Sequence record: PV662128.1
Reading direction: 5' to 3' (one strand)
DNA: 64,000 nucleotides
The notes beneath the pieces were generated by a model. The model was not told the DNA's origin, made no database searches, and was given only the letters and a program-made list of their open reading frames with translations. Each line of letters starts with the position of its first letter. Position 1 is the first letter of the stretch. This document shows positions 55,620 to 64,000 of this stretch, in pieces. Made by a program: the position numbers and the translations under genes.

Positions 55620-57167
55620 ATGAACGAAGAAAGTAAAATCGCGATCGTTTCTCATGGGGAGGTTGTTGAGTTTGATCCTAACAGCACTGAGCATCGAAAG
55701 ATTCTTGAGTCGGCAAATAGGAAACTTATAACGAACGAACTCTACCAGCGAGATTTAAAACGCTTTAAAGAGCTGGTTTTGTTTTATCAAAGTGCGGTTA
55801 GCAAAGAAACCATCGATGATAAAATTGAGGAGTTCTTAAGGGCTACCGGGATAAGGTTGGGCTATTCTGATCTGGCCATTTTTAACTACGGGTACCCGGA
55901 CATAGATGGATACTTCGGAACTCTCTATAACCGCGCAATGGGGATTGAACCCCCTTCTGTGCCGGCTGATGAGAATCCGATAGTCGGACTGAAGGAAAAT
56001 AGCTTAAAACCCCAACTCCCCTCAAGTCACACTGGCGGGGGATTATTGTACGATATTCTGCTTCGTAAATTTAACCGTTTCATGCAGAGCATAACGACCG
56101 AGCTTTTAATATTAGGGCGCGGAAGATCCTTAACAACGGAATGTCGGATTGAAACAAACATACTCAGAAAAATAGAGGGGTTTAATAAAGAAACGAATCT
56201 GGGGCTGGATCGTGAGATCGTACAAAATTGCCCAATCGATGAAAATTTGCAAACTGGGTATTTTAATGTTCTTTTCGTAGGCCTAATTAAACGATCAGAA
56301 GAATTCAGAATACAAACGATCCCTCTTTCAGAGAAGGTAGGGTTTATCCAACCGAAATACGGTAAGGACGAGGGGGTTAAGGTGAATCCAAATATCCGTT
56401 TTTGGTACGATAAATTTGGAGTAAGTCATGAGATACCGCCCAACGAACCCATGGAAGCAGGTAGCGTTAAACGGAATGAGGGCTGCGTTATGGCTTATCA
56501 ACCATACGGTAACGGGGGATCTGTTCCGTCCCCGGATCCTCGTGATGAAAGCGTAAGGAGTAAAGATACTGTTATTCAAAACAGTATTTCAATTACCACC
56601 GGGAAGGTTAACATGCATGCGCTTGAGGCGGCATGTCGGACAATGGCGGAAAATATGATATCCGCACACCGCAAGCCCATCTTTTATGAATTTCGCGATA
56701 AAGTTTACGAGGCGCTGAATTCCGCTTATCTGAACCACGGGGCTCTCAGGGGGACTACTTCAAGAGAATTCCTATACAGCGATATTCTTTGCATCGAACG
56801 GTTTAAGCGCAAGTTTGGAATCGTTTTCTCAATCGAGGACATGAATCTATTTCTTAACGGCCGTATAACCGCCTCTGAGTTGTTCGGCAAATACGTTAGT
56901 TACCCCTATTCCGGGGAAAAGAAAATCAAAACGCGTGTCGAATACGATCTATGTTTGAGCATCTTGGTTTCATTATTGAGTTTGTTTAACCTTAATCGAA
57001 TGGATCGTGAATCAGTCGAACGAGCTAAACTATTGGGTGAGCAGCTCAATATTCGTTTTGATATCAACATCACGGAAGGCGATTTCCTGGATATTCTCTA
57101 TCGTCGAGCAGCTCCTTCCCACGTCCTCAAAAAATACACTACCGCTGAAGCCACTAAAGGTAAATAA
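55620..57167 (+). CDS. Large hypothetical protein
   Basis: 515 aa; TTTAGG-N7-ATC-ATG start. Confidence 0.8.
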   Translation: MNEESKIAIVSHGEVVEFDPNSTEHRKILESANRKLITNELYQRDLKRFKELVLFYQSAVSKETIDDKIEEFLRATGIRLGYSDLAIFNYGYPDIDGYFGTLYNRAMGIEPPSVPADENPIVGLKENSLKPQLPSSHTGGGLLYDILLRKFNRFMQSITTELLILGRGRSLTTECRIETNILRKIEGFNKETNLGLDREIVQNCPIDENLQTGYFNVLFVGLIKRSEEFRIQTIPLSEKVGFIQPKYGKDEGVKVNPNIRFWYDKFGVSHEIPPNEPMEAGSVKRNEGCVMAYQPYGNGGSVPSPDPRDESVRSKDTVIQNSISITTGKVNMHALEAACRTMAENMISAHRKPIFYEFRDKVYEALNSAYLNHGALRGTTSREFLYSDILCIERFKRKFGIVFSIEDMNLFLNGRITASELFGKYVSYPYSGEKKIKTRVEYDLCLSILVSLLSLFNLNRMDRESVERAKLLGEQLNIRFDINITEGDFLDILYRRAAPSHVLKKYTTAEATKGK

Positions 57168-57344
57168 ATGCAACCACTGATTAGTCTTAAAGAGTTAGCC
57201 AAACTCCTGGGTATTTCCGTTAAAACCCTGAAAATTCGTATTAGCAAAGGTACCGTTCCCCAGCCTTTCGTTAGCGAGGGAAAAAATATGCGTTGGATGC
57301 GTTCTGACGTTGAACATCTCTTCCCTAAAGAAGAAGTTGTTTAA
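57168..57344 (+). CDS. AlpA/Xis-like winged-HTH DNA-binding protein (58 aa; not in ORF track)
   Basis: MQPLISLKELAKLLGISVKTLKIRISKGTVPQPF..GKNMRWMRSDVE. Confidence 0.8.
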   Translation: MQPLISLKELAKLLGISVKTLKIRISKGTVPQPFVSEGKNMRWMRSDVEHLFPKEEVV

Positions 57345-57362
57345 GTTGTAAATATTTACAAC
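57345..57362. promoter_or_regulatory. 18-bp perfect palindrome, candidate operator overlapping a sigma70-like promoter
   Basis: GTTGTAAAT|ATTTACAAC; TTGTAA-N18-TATTGT. Confidence 0.45.
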
Positions 57363-57416
57363 CCTGTACTATTGTAATGGTTAACCGACCGTAAACTTTA
57401 ATTAAAGGAAAAACTC

Positions 57417-57698
57417 ATGTCTAAAATCAAACTGACTGAAGAACAACTCGCCGCCCTGAATGGTTCGGAATCCTTCGTCGTCTCCGGCCTGGCTGCCGGC
57501 AAAGTCTCCCTGGCAACCGACGTGTCTGTCATTACCCTGGATCTCGATCCGGGTCAGCTGACCATCGGCCAAACCCTGAAGATCAAAGACGGTGTCCTCG
57601 TCACGGACAAAGCCCAGGAACAAAAGGCCGAAAAAGCCAAAGGTAAAAACAACCCGTCTCCGGAAATGGCGGCCAAACTTGCCGGCAGCGCCTGCTAA
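57417..57698 (+). CDS. Small protein with strong high-expression codon bias
   Basis: AAGGA SD; dominated by CTG/GCC/ACC/AAA codons. Confidence 0.8.
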   Translation: MSKIKLTEEQLAALNGSESFVVSGLAAGKVSLATDVSVITLDLDPGQLTIGQTLKIKDGVLVTDKAQEQKAEKAKGKNNPSPEMAAKLAGSAC

Positions 57699-57708
57699 GT
57701 TAAGGTAA

Positions 57709-57736
57709 AGTAGGAGGAGGGTTTCCTCCTCCTACT
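57709..57736. repeat. Hairpin related to the ACTCCTAC family, with arms swapped
   Basis: AGTAGGAGGAGG-gttt-CCTCCTCCTACT. Confidence 0.65.
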
Positions 57737-57767
57737 CCCTCGTGTTTATTTTTTGGGAATTTAGTCA

Positions 57768-58331
57768 ATGACCATAAAGACTCTTTCCGGGAGATTATTT
57801 CTTAACCGAGACACATCTAATCTCAATAGTGTAAGTTGGTCGGCCAAGACCACCATAATTGACTACGAAACTAAAAAGAAAGAAAAGATTCACAACGAAA
57901 TCTTTGACGCCAATATCAACATACGCAAGGGGAATACGCTATTAGTCATTCATACTAATAACGAGGGGATAGATAAAAATTTCGAATCCTTTTTAGCCAA
58001 ACTCCGGCTGATGGATACCCACATCAGAGACTTCATTGAGAAGTGCGCGATTAAACGCAGTAAAAAAGATACTGTAAAAACAGAGCGTTATTGGCTAAAC
58101 GATATCGAAGGAATCGATAAAGTGTTTACAGGGTCGTTGGTAAAAACCTATGATCTTTATAGTAATACGTTAGAGATCAGTTCGTGTGAACGCTCAGCGC
58201 GATGGTACGTTAATCGTTTTGGTAGTCAAGGCAAAGGTGAGATAGGCGAGCTCGTTATCTTACAACGCGCTATAGACCGCCTTATTAGAGATATCGGTAT
58301 TGTTTTAAAAGAGGTTAAAAATGGGGCGTAA
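57768..58331 (+). CDS. Hypothetical protein
   Basis: 187 aa. Confidence 0.7.
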   Translation: MTIKTLSGRLFLNRDTSNLNSVSWSAKTTIIDYETKKKEKIHNEIFDANINIRKGNTLLVIHTNNEGIDKNFESFLAKLRLMDTHIRDFIEKCAIKRSKKDTVKTERYWLNDIEGIDKVFTGSLVKTYDLYSNTLEISSCERSARWYVNRFGSQGKGEIGELVILQRAIDRLIRDIGIVLKEVKNGA

Positions 58332-58740
58332 GAGTCACGGGGAAGATTATTCCGACGCGGAGCTTGATTTTATCGCAAGCGTAGCACACAGCGTGCAGTG
58401 TGGGATGGACTATGCCTTCGGTCTACCGGTATTGCATCAATGGAGACTGATGGGAGATGAGTATAAAAACCAAATGAAAGCATCCGTCAGAGCTGTTCTG
58501 GTTCATGACAAATCACCAAAATCCCTCCATGATAGTTGGGTGCTTCGCCTCACCCAAGAAGGTTGGGTTCGTGGAGAAGTAAAGGACGTAGAAAAGAAAA
58601 CCCATCCGTTATTAGTTCCTTTTGACGAACTTCCTATCGAATGGAAACTTCGTCTTCGTCAATTCCGGGCAGCAGTTATTCCTTTTAGAAAAACCAAAAA
58701 TACGGTGAAATCTAATCCAATCGTTTTTTCAACAAAATAA
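58321..58740 (+). CDS. RyR-domain protein
   Basis: HDSW...EGW..G.VKD..KKTHP.LVPFDELP. Confidence 0.85.
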   Translation: MGRKSHGEDYSDAELDFIASVAHSVQCGMDYAFGLPVLHQWRLMGDEYKNQMKASVRAVLVHDKSPKSLHDSWVLRLTQEGWVRGEVKDVEKKTHPLLVPFDELPIEWKLRLRQFRAAVIPFRKTKNTVKSNPIVFSTK

Positions 58741-58764
58741 CCTCACTAATTTAGGGCTACGATT

Positions 58765-59508
58765 ATGAGCGAGAACATTCCTTACGTTTACCTTCCTTCC
58801 GACATTAAAAACGATTCCGGTGTTGTTTTGAATCGCACTAAGATCAACCGTTCGAAAACGGTAATTAAAGCGTTGGGGTTCAAAATAAAAGACCACAACA
58901 ACACCGTAAAGATGTTTGATAAAGCGATGTCCGGCGATCTTTATCAAACCAAAGAGGGGAGAAAATATCGTTCGGTAACTTTCAAGTTACACGCCAAGCG
59001 AAAGAAGGAACTCCTGGAATCACTTAAAGCGGAAGAAAAGGTCTTACGCGCTATGAAAGAATTCGGCGTGATTCTTCAACAGAACATTTACGATGCTCAG
59101 TCGATGAGCTTCACTCCTTTCTCTTTAAAAGATTTTCTCAACTCTAAAGGGTTCGGCACTATTCCTGGTAAATCTGAATTGCGGGATCTTCGTCAGTCGC
59201 TGGGCGCGTTAATTGAAGCGGATCCTGATGCGGTTATCTGGATTGCAAAAAGAAATCTGGACGGGATTCCGGTCGCTTTTATCGCGGGGAGAGACCAAGG
59301 CGATAACACATTCGACATGTGTGTTTTCTATTCGCATACCGAGGATCTAGAACGACATAATGAGGTAATGAAATATCTCATTAAACGTCTAAAATCGATA
59401 GGAGTAACTCCTATAAGTCTGATCTCTATTTCTCCTGATTTTAGTGCGGCGGGCCACACAATGGAGAAAATGGGCGGGCGTATGTCTTCGGCACAGTTTG
59501 ACTTTTAA
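58765..59508 (+). CDS. Hypothetical protein, possibly with a GNAT-like C-terminal half
   Basis: 247 aa; alpha/beta pattern PVAFIAG..FDMCVFY..LKSIGV..ISL..MEKMG. Confidence 0.65.
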   Translation: MSENIPYVYLPSDIKNDSGVVLNRTKINRSKTVIKALGFKIKDHNNTVKMFDKAMSGDLYQTKEGRKYRSVTFKLHAKRKKELLESLKAEEKVLRAMKEFGVILQQNIYDAQSMSFTPFSLKDFLNSKGFGTIPGKSELRDLRQSLGALIEADPDAVIWIAKRNLDGIPVAFIAGRDQGDNTFDMCVFYSHTEDLERHNEVMKYLIKRLKSIGVTPISLISISPDFSAAGHTMEKMGGRMSSAQFDF

Positions 59509-59510
59509 GG

Positions 59511-60194
59511 GTGATAAACATGGGTGTAAATTCTAGAACGATGTCGCTTTCTTACTACAAGACAAAAACGACAGATGAAAAAGATGAGTTTCCTATTGAC
59601 TCCGATATCAATACTGTCATCTTTGATTTCGAAACTGCTTCGCTTGGCATTAATCCAGCGATCCTCAGTATGGGTGCGTTTGCTTTCGATCGGTTTAGTT
59701 TAGAAACCACACAACGTCGAATGAAGAATCCTCAGGACAAGGATACGTTTTATCGTAATCTTAATCTAAAGGAATCGTTCTTCTTGGGTTTCGACATCTC
59801 CAAAGAAACCGGAGAATGGCATTACAAAAAGAACGGAACGAACCTCGGTAAGATGTTAGAGAACGAGGTTTCTCCCTACGTGGCCTTACGGGAATTCAAA
59901 CGCTTCATCATGTCTTATCGTCGTAAGACTGAGAACATGGTTATTCTGATTCGTCGCACTCACGCAGATTACATTTGGTTAGAGAATCTGTGTAAGCGAT
60001 TAGATACAGAGATGTTCCTCAGACACAACGATGTGATTGACGTCCCAAGCGTCGTGTTTGCTAAGACAGGTGACGTTAAGGGACACTATACACTGGAAGA
60101 AGGTCTATTTGAAGATCTTGTAAGCCATCATGCGCTGACCGATTGTTATTTGGACGCGCTTCGCATTTGTTCGCTGTACCAAGAAACGAAGTAA
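59511..60194 (+). CDS. DEDDh 3'-5' exonuclease (RNase T/DUF5051-like)
   Basis: VIFDFET..L...AILSMGA; ADY.WL; HHALTDC..DA. Confidence 0.85.
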   Translation: MINMGVNSRTMSLSYYKTKTTDEKDEFPIDSDINTVIFDFETASLGINPAILSMGAFAFDRFSLETTQRRMKNPQDKDTFYRNLNLKESFFLGFDISKETGEWHYKKNGTNLGKMLENEVSPYVALREFKRFIMSYRRKTENMVILIRRTHADYIWLENLCKRLDTEMFLRHNDVIDVPSVVFAKTGDVKGHYTLEEGLFEDLVSHHALTDCYLDALRICSLYQETK

Positions 60195-60250
60195 AAAACG
60201 TAGAGGGGTTAACGCCCCTCTCTTATTTTGTCTTTTTAGGAATTAACATC

Positions 60251-61003
60251 ATGAGCGATAGGTACGAATGGAGTGACGTTTACGTTACTGGATGTAATCA
60301 CGTGAACGATAAAATCATGTTAAAATACCGCCCTCAGTTTGGTACGATGGCGGAGCACGATGACGCAACCTGGGGTTTGCTTGATCAGGTGCCGGAGGAT
60401 AAGGCAGTCATCTTTTTAGGGGATAATTTCCTTAGTCCGGAGAGCCTGGAACGATTAAAGCAGTATAAGTTTTACAAAATCCACGTACTCGGCAATCATG
60501 ACCTTCAAAATGGGGTTAATATAAAAATGATAACCGACGTGATGGATGAGGTCCACGGCAGTATAAAGGCAGACGGGATATGGTTCTCGCACATCCCAAT
60601 GCATAAGCACGCTTTGGGTCATGGTTATATTAACATCCACGCCCACATGCACACCGACACGTTATACGACAATCGTTATGTTAACGTAAGTATGGAAGCG
60701 ACTAATTATCGCTTAATCTCCGTTGATGAAATACTGAACGGTAAATACGTTCCTTTTTCTTTCCTTCCAGTTGGCCCTAAATTTACAGGCGAGTTCGTAT
60801 TCCCTCACGACGTCCGTTATCTTGACGACGTCATCCTCAATGAAAAAAATGAGACCGTCGCTGAAATTATTAAGATAGAAAGTCGATTGAATGTAACCAC
60901 TGTCTCAGTGAGAATGATGGGGAATAAAAGGGAATTATCTTCGGACGATTTTAGTGTTCATTGGTACAAACCTAAATGGGGTAAACTGGTAGCTAGGGGG
61001 TAA
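60251..61003 (+). CDS. Calcineurin-like metallophosphoesterase (start moved to ATG 60251)
   Basis: GCNH (variant of DxH), LGD, GNHD, SHIP, HAHMH. Confidence 0.88.
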   Translation: MSDRYEWSDVYVTGCNHVNDKIMLKYRPQFGTMAEHDDATWGLLDQVPEDKAVIFLGDNFLSPESLERLKQYKFYKIHVLGNHDLQNGVNIKMITDVMDEVHGSIKADGIWFSHIPMHKHALGHGYINIHAHMHTDTLYDNRYVNVSMEATNYRLISVDEILNGKYVPFSFLPVGPKFTGEFVFPHDVRYLDDVILNEKNETVAEIIKIESRLNVTTVSVRMMGNKRELSSDDFSVHWYKPKWGKLVARG

Positions 61004-61005
61004 AA

Positions 61006-61362
61006 ATGAACGCTAACTTATCTAGTCTCAATAAAGATCTAGAAGAAGTAAACGAAGAAATAAAATTCCTTTATTCTAAGTTAGATAAAGAACAAGATAG
61101 ACGTAAGCTTCTGGAGAAAAGGCTAAGGGATTTAGCCAAGTTTACGGCCAAACAAAATCAAAATTTTAGTTGGAGGGGAGACAGACCGCTTTATCGCAAG
61201 GCTATTTCTTACTACGCTAAGGAAAGAAACATTATCGTTCGTCTGTTACCAAGACTTTTATCTAGAAGGAATGTGATAAAAGAAAGGATTATAAAAAAGA
61301 CAGGACACAGAAACAGAATTTTGATTGAAATAGAACAATTGAATAAGGAAAACAATAAATGA
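61006..61362 (+). CDS. Basic coiled-coil hypothetical protein
   Basis: Heptad L/K/E pattern; ATGA overlap. Confidence 0.7.
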   Translation: MNANLSSLNKDLEEVNEEIKFLYSKLDKEQDRRKLLEKRLRDLAKFTAKQNQNFSWRGDRPLYRKAISYYAKERNIIVRLLPRLLSRRNVIKERIIKKTGHRNRILIEIEQLNKENNK

Positions 61363-61715
61363 AAGAAGAACGTTTACTAGAACTTATTGCTTCTTCTAAA
61401 GTTCTCGAAGTCGTCACAATCACCCATAAAGAACTCCTGGAAATTGCGGAGTGTCGGATTCAAGTAAAAACCTTTTATCCCGACATTGTTGATCGTTACC
61501 TCAGTTATCTCAAAAACTCTCCTGAATTGGGTACGGGTAAAACCAAAACATCTCATCTCATCTGGATGCTGGAGAGCGTAAGAGATAATTCGGAAATGTC
61601 TCTTACTAAGAAACATCGGTGGCTGGGGTACATTCAAGGTATCATGGTCACTCACGGCCTTCTTGATGTGGACGAAGAACGCGATAATACCAGAGAAATT
61701 TTCAGGGGATTATGA
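61359..61715 (+). CDS. Conserved phage hypothetical protein
   Basis: HLIWML...KKHRWLGYIQG.M..HG..DVDEERD.TR. Confidence 0.75.
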   Translation: MKEERLLELIASSKVLEVVTITHKELLEIAECRIQVKTFYPDIVDRYLSYLKNSPELGTGKTKTSHLIWMLESVRDNSEMSLTKKHRWLGYIQGIMVTHGLLDVDEERDNTREIFRGL

Positions 61716-61767
61716 TGACCAAGAATGGTGCGACTTTACGTAAAACTTAACGGCCTGGAGAAATAAA

Positions 61768-62361
61768 ATGGCGAATATTGAATTAATAAAGCAAACCAAC
61801 GAAGAAGCATTCAGTAACCCACTTCCTGGCGATCTCTGGCACGAGATGTTTAATGAACAACTCCGGGTTATTAAAGTTAACGACGACGGCTCCTTATTTA
61901 TCCGACACTCTCTTACTGGAATGGATCGACTCTTAAAAGTCAATCATGCTCAGTTCGCTCTTATGTTGAAGTATCGTCATAACGATAATTTTTGTCTCGA
62001 CGTAATAAGAGATAAGAGTGTTTTCGATCTCCCAGAAATGGTTGAAAATGGCTTATTTGTAGAATTCGAGAACAGCGGTCTGAGTTGTCAGGCGGTAGAG
62101 ATCTTTAAAGGAGTTTACGTCGTTGCTAATGAAAAAGCGTTGATCGATCTTTGTTTGGAAGTTGGGATGAAGAAACCCAATATACCAGGCTATGTCACCT
62201 ATCCTTTAATCGCCCATCACGGCGGAGTTAACCAAGCGGATGAGCTACTAAAAGAAAACTGTTTAATTAGAATTAACCGGATATTCAATTCGATTAGTTA
62301 TAACAAGTTTCTCAAAACTGTTTACAATTATAATCACTGGTTAACGTTCCGTGATTTTTAA
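61768..62361 (+). CDS. Hypothetical protein
   Basis: GGAG SD; NPLPGDLWHEMF. Confidence 0.7.
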   Translation: MANIELIKQTNEEAFSNPLPGDLWHEMFNEQLRVIKVNDDGSLFIRHSLTGMDRLLKVNHAQFALMLKYRHNDNFCLDVIRDKSVFDLPEMVENGLFVEFENSGLSCQAVEIFKGVYVVANEKALIDLCLEVGMKKPNIPGYVTYPLIAHHGGVNQADELLKENCLIRINRIFNSISYNKFLKTVYNYNHWLTFRDF

Positions 62362-62370
62362 GGATTTAAT

Positions 62371-62808
62371 ATGAGTCTACGTGCTTTGTATTGTGGTGGT
62401 GTTGTTAAAAATGGAATAGTGGCTTGGGGTAATCACATCCCGGTTACTCATCGAGAGACTTTCCTTAAATTCAAATTTCAACTCAAAGGGTGTAAATCCG
62501 CTGGATTCTTAGGAGGCGAAGAAGGCTATTTGAAAATTTACGGTAAGAGCATCAGTCTCAATATCGAAGCTAATGATTTTACCAATAAACGAATCAGAGC
62601 CGGACAAGACAATTACCGGTTCTTCCGTTGTATGGTAACTGTGGGAAACTACGAGTTCCCGTTATTGTTCTGCGGAACTTACGAACCTGAGTTCTTTGAG
62701 TTACGTAAGGAAATCACCAGAGACGAGCTTGATGACGCGTTAAGTCAGCTCGAACAACTCAGTTGCAATTACGTCAGTAACGATCGTAGAACCGTTAACT
62801 GGCTTTAG
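62371..62808 (+). CDS. Hypothetical protein
   Basis: 145 aa, AAGGA SD. Confidence 0.7.
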   Translation: MSLRALYCGGVVKNGIVAWGNHIPVTHRETFLKFKFQLKGCKSAGFLGGEEGYLKIYGKSISLNIEANDFTNKRIRAGQDNYRFFRCMVTVGNYEFPLLFCGTYEPEFFELRKEITRDELDDALSQLEQLSCNYVSNDRRTVNWL

Positions 62809-62817
62809 GAAAATGAA

Positions 62818-64000
62818 ATGTTCGAATATCTCATTCAGATAAATCAGGTTCTTTCTTCAGTCCCTATTATCGGTGGGAGTTTAGCGGTAGCCTTAGGCGG
62901 CGGGATCATTGCCGCCTTCTGGAAAGGCCCCACGTTACTCTCGAGGATTTTTAACTCCACTGTTGTGGTTTCCTTCACTCTTAATAACTCAGGGTGGGGT
63001 AATAATACCAAGCACTACATTGCGTTTATTAAATGGTTTAACCGTTCAGATATTCTTAAGATAACACGATCTACCGGTTACGAGGCCGTTTACGATAGCT
63101 CTGGTAAAGGACCTAGTGTCGGCAGTCATTTATTTCGATTTAAGAATAAATGGTACTATCTCAAAATCAAAGAACTCCCTTCTACGGGGAGCGAACGTGA
63201 GAAGAAAGAGATATGTATAAAGACATTAGGATGTTCCGTCAGCATTTTCGACGACCTCTTCGAGGCCTTTAAGGATAAGACGGATGACGACGGAGAACTC
63301 AAAGTAAAAAGGTTCAGGGACAATTACTGGTACGACGCTTGCCTTCTCAGCAGGAGGTCGTGGGATACCGTTATCTTAAATAAAGAAAAGAAGGTAGAAA
63401 TAGTCGAACTCATCGAAGAGTTTTACGCGTCGAGGGAGTGGTACAGAGAAAGAGGAATACCGTATAAACTTGTTATCGTTTTGTACGGCCCGGCTGGGAC
63501 GGGTAAAGCCCAACCTTTGCATTCTAAAATCAAAGTCCCAGGTGGTTGGAGTACCATGGGAGACATGCGGGTAGGAACTAAAGTCATTGCCAGAGACGGT
63601 TCTATCACTAAAGTTACTGGAGTCCACCCTCAGGGCATCACTGATGTCTACAGAATAACTTTTGCGGATGGTCGATACACCGATTGCGCCCCGGACCATC
63701 TTTGGAAGATTCATGATAGAGAGGCCCCAGGAGGTAACGTTCGCGGAGGTAATTCTAAGAAAGATGTCAGAACTATTGAAGAGGCGCGTGCTAATAGGTG
63801 GAGAGTCGTTGATACCCTTACACTGATCGATTTATTTAACAGTAAATCAAGGAAGGGGAGGTTGTATGTTCCACTATGCGAACCCGAACAGAATAAAGAT
63901 AAACAATATTTCGTCGATCCTTATTTGCTAGGCGTCATTCTAGGTGATGGAAACACGGGTGGAATGGTGAAGATCACTAAACCCTATCAGCAACTTTTTG
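62818..64000 (+). CDS. BCS1-like membrane-anchored AAA ATPase containing an intein (runs off the window; not in ORF track)
   Basis: Open frame from ATG 62818; N-terminal TM; RRSWDTVIL..K..I..I.EF..SREWY.ERGIPYK..LYGPAGTGK. Confidence 0.88.
   Translation, partial: MFEYLIQINQVLSSVPIIGGSLAVALGGGIIAAFWKGPTLLSRIFNSTVVVSFTLNNSGWGNNTKHYIAFIKWFNRSDILKITRSTGYEAVYDSSGKGPSVGSHLFRFKNKWYYLKIKELPSTGSEREKKEICIKTLGCSVSIFDDLFEAFKDKTDDDGELKVKRFRDNYWYDACLLSRRSWDTVILNKEKKVEIVELIEEFYASREWYRERGIPYKLVIVLYGPAGTGKAQPLHSKIKVPGGWSTMGDMRVGTKVIARDGSITKVTGVHPQGITDVYRITFADGRYTDCAPDHLWKIHDREAPGGNVRGGNSKKDVRTIEEARANRWRVVDTLTLIDLFNSKSRKGRLYVPLCEPEQNKDKQYFVDPYLLGVILGDGNTGGMVKITKPYQQLF
63508..64000 (+). mobile_element. Ala-start intein with LAGLIDADG homing endonuclease, inserted after the Walker A lysine
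   Basis: GK|AQPLHSKI..P.GW..MGD..VG..V; block B CAPDHLW; DPYLLGVILGDG. Confidence 0.9.

Overview
This window looks like an accessory and host-interaction region of a large lytic (jumbo-type) dsDNA phage, probably infecting Enterobacterales. It has dense + strand gene packing, strong hairpins between genes, no tRNA, rRNA or CRISPR array, and a PhoH closely resembling enterobacterial PhoH. Recognisable genes are RNase HI, an HslU-type AAA+ ATPase, PhoH, DHFR, a MazG-like NTP pyrophosphatase, two GNATs, a SAM methyltransferase, a DEDDh exonuclease, a metallophosphoesterase, an RyR-domain protein, an orphan HigA, and a BCS1-like AAA ATPase interrupted by an Ala-start intein at the right edge. Seven tailspike genes share one N-terminal anchor (five full-length in tandem, one truncated, one on the - strand). 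Candidate anti-defence genes are Acb1, two Tad2/DUF2829 proteins and a gp49/66-family domain fused to a Cys-His-Asp enzyme. The most unusual observations are: (1) a catalytically intact TnpB with omega-RNA motifs but no tnpA or left end, which replaces the middle of a phosphoesterase gene (possible RNA-guided homing); (2) an exported pilin-like three-gene unit; (3) a dispersed hairpin family whose loops occur in both orientations; (4) a fixed TTTAGG-N7-ATC-ATG start motif at 12 starts. All protein family calls come from motif recognition by eye; no database searches were run.
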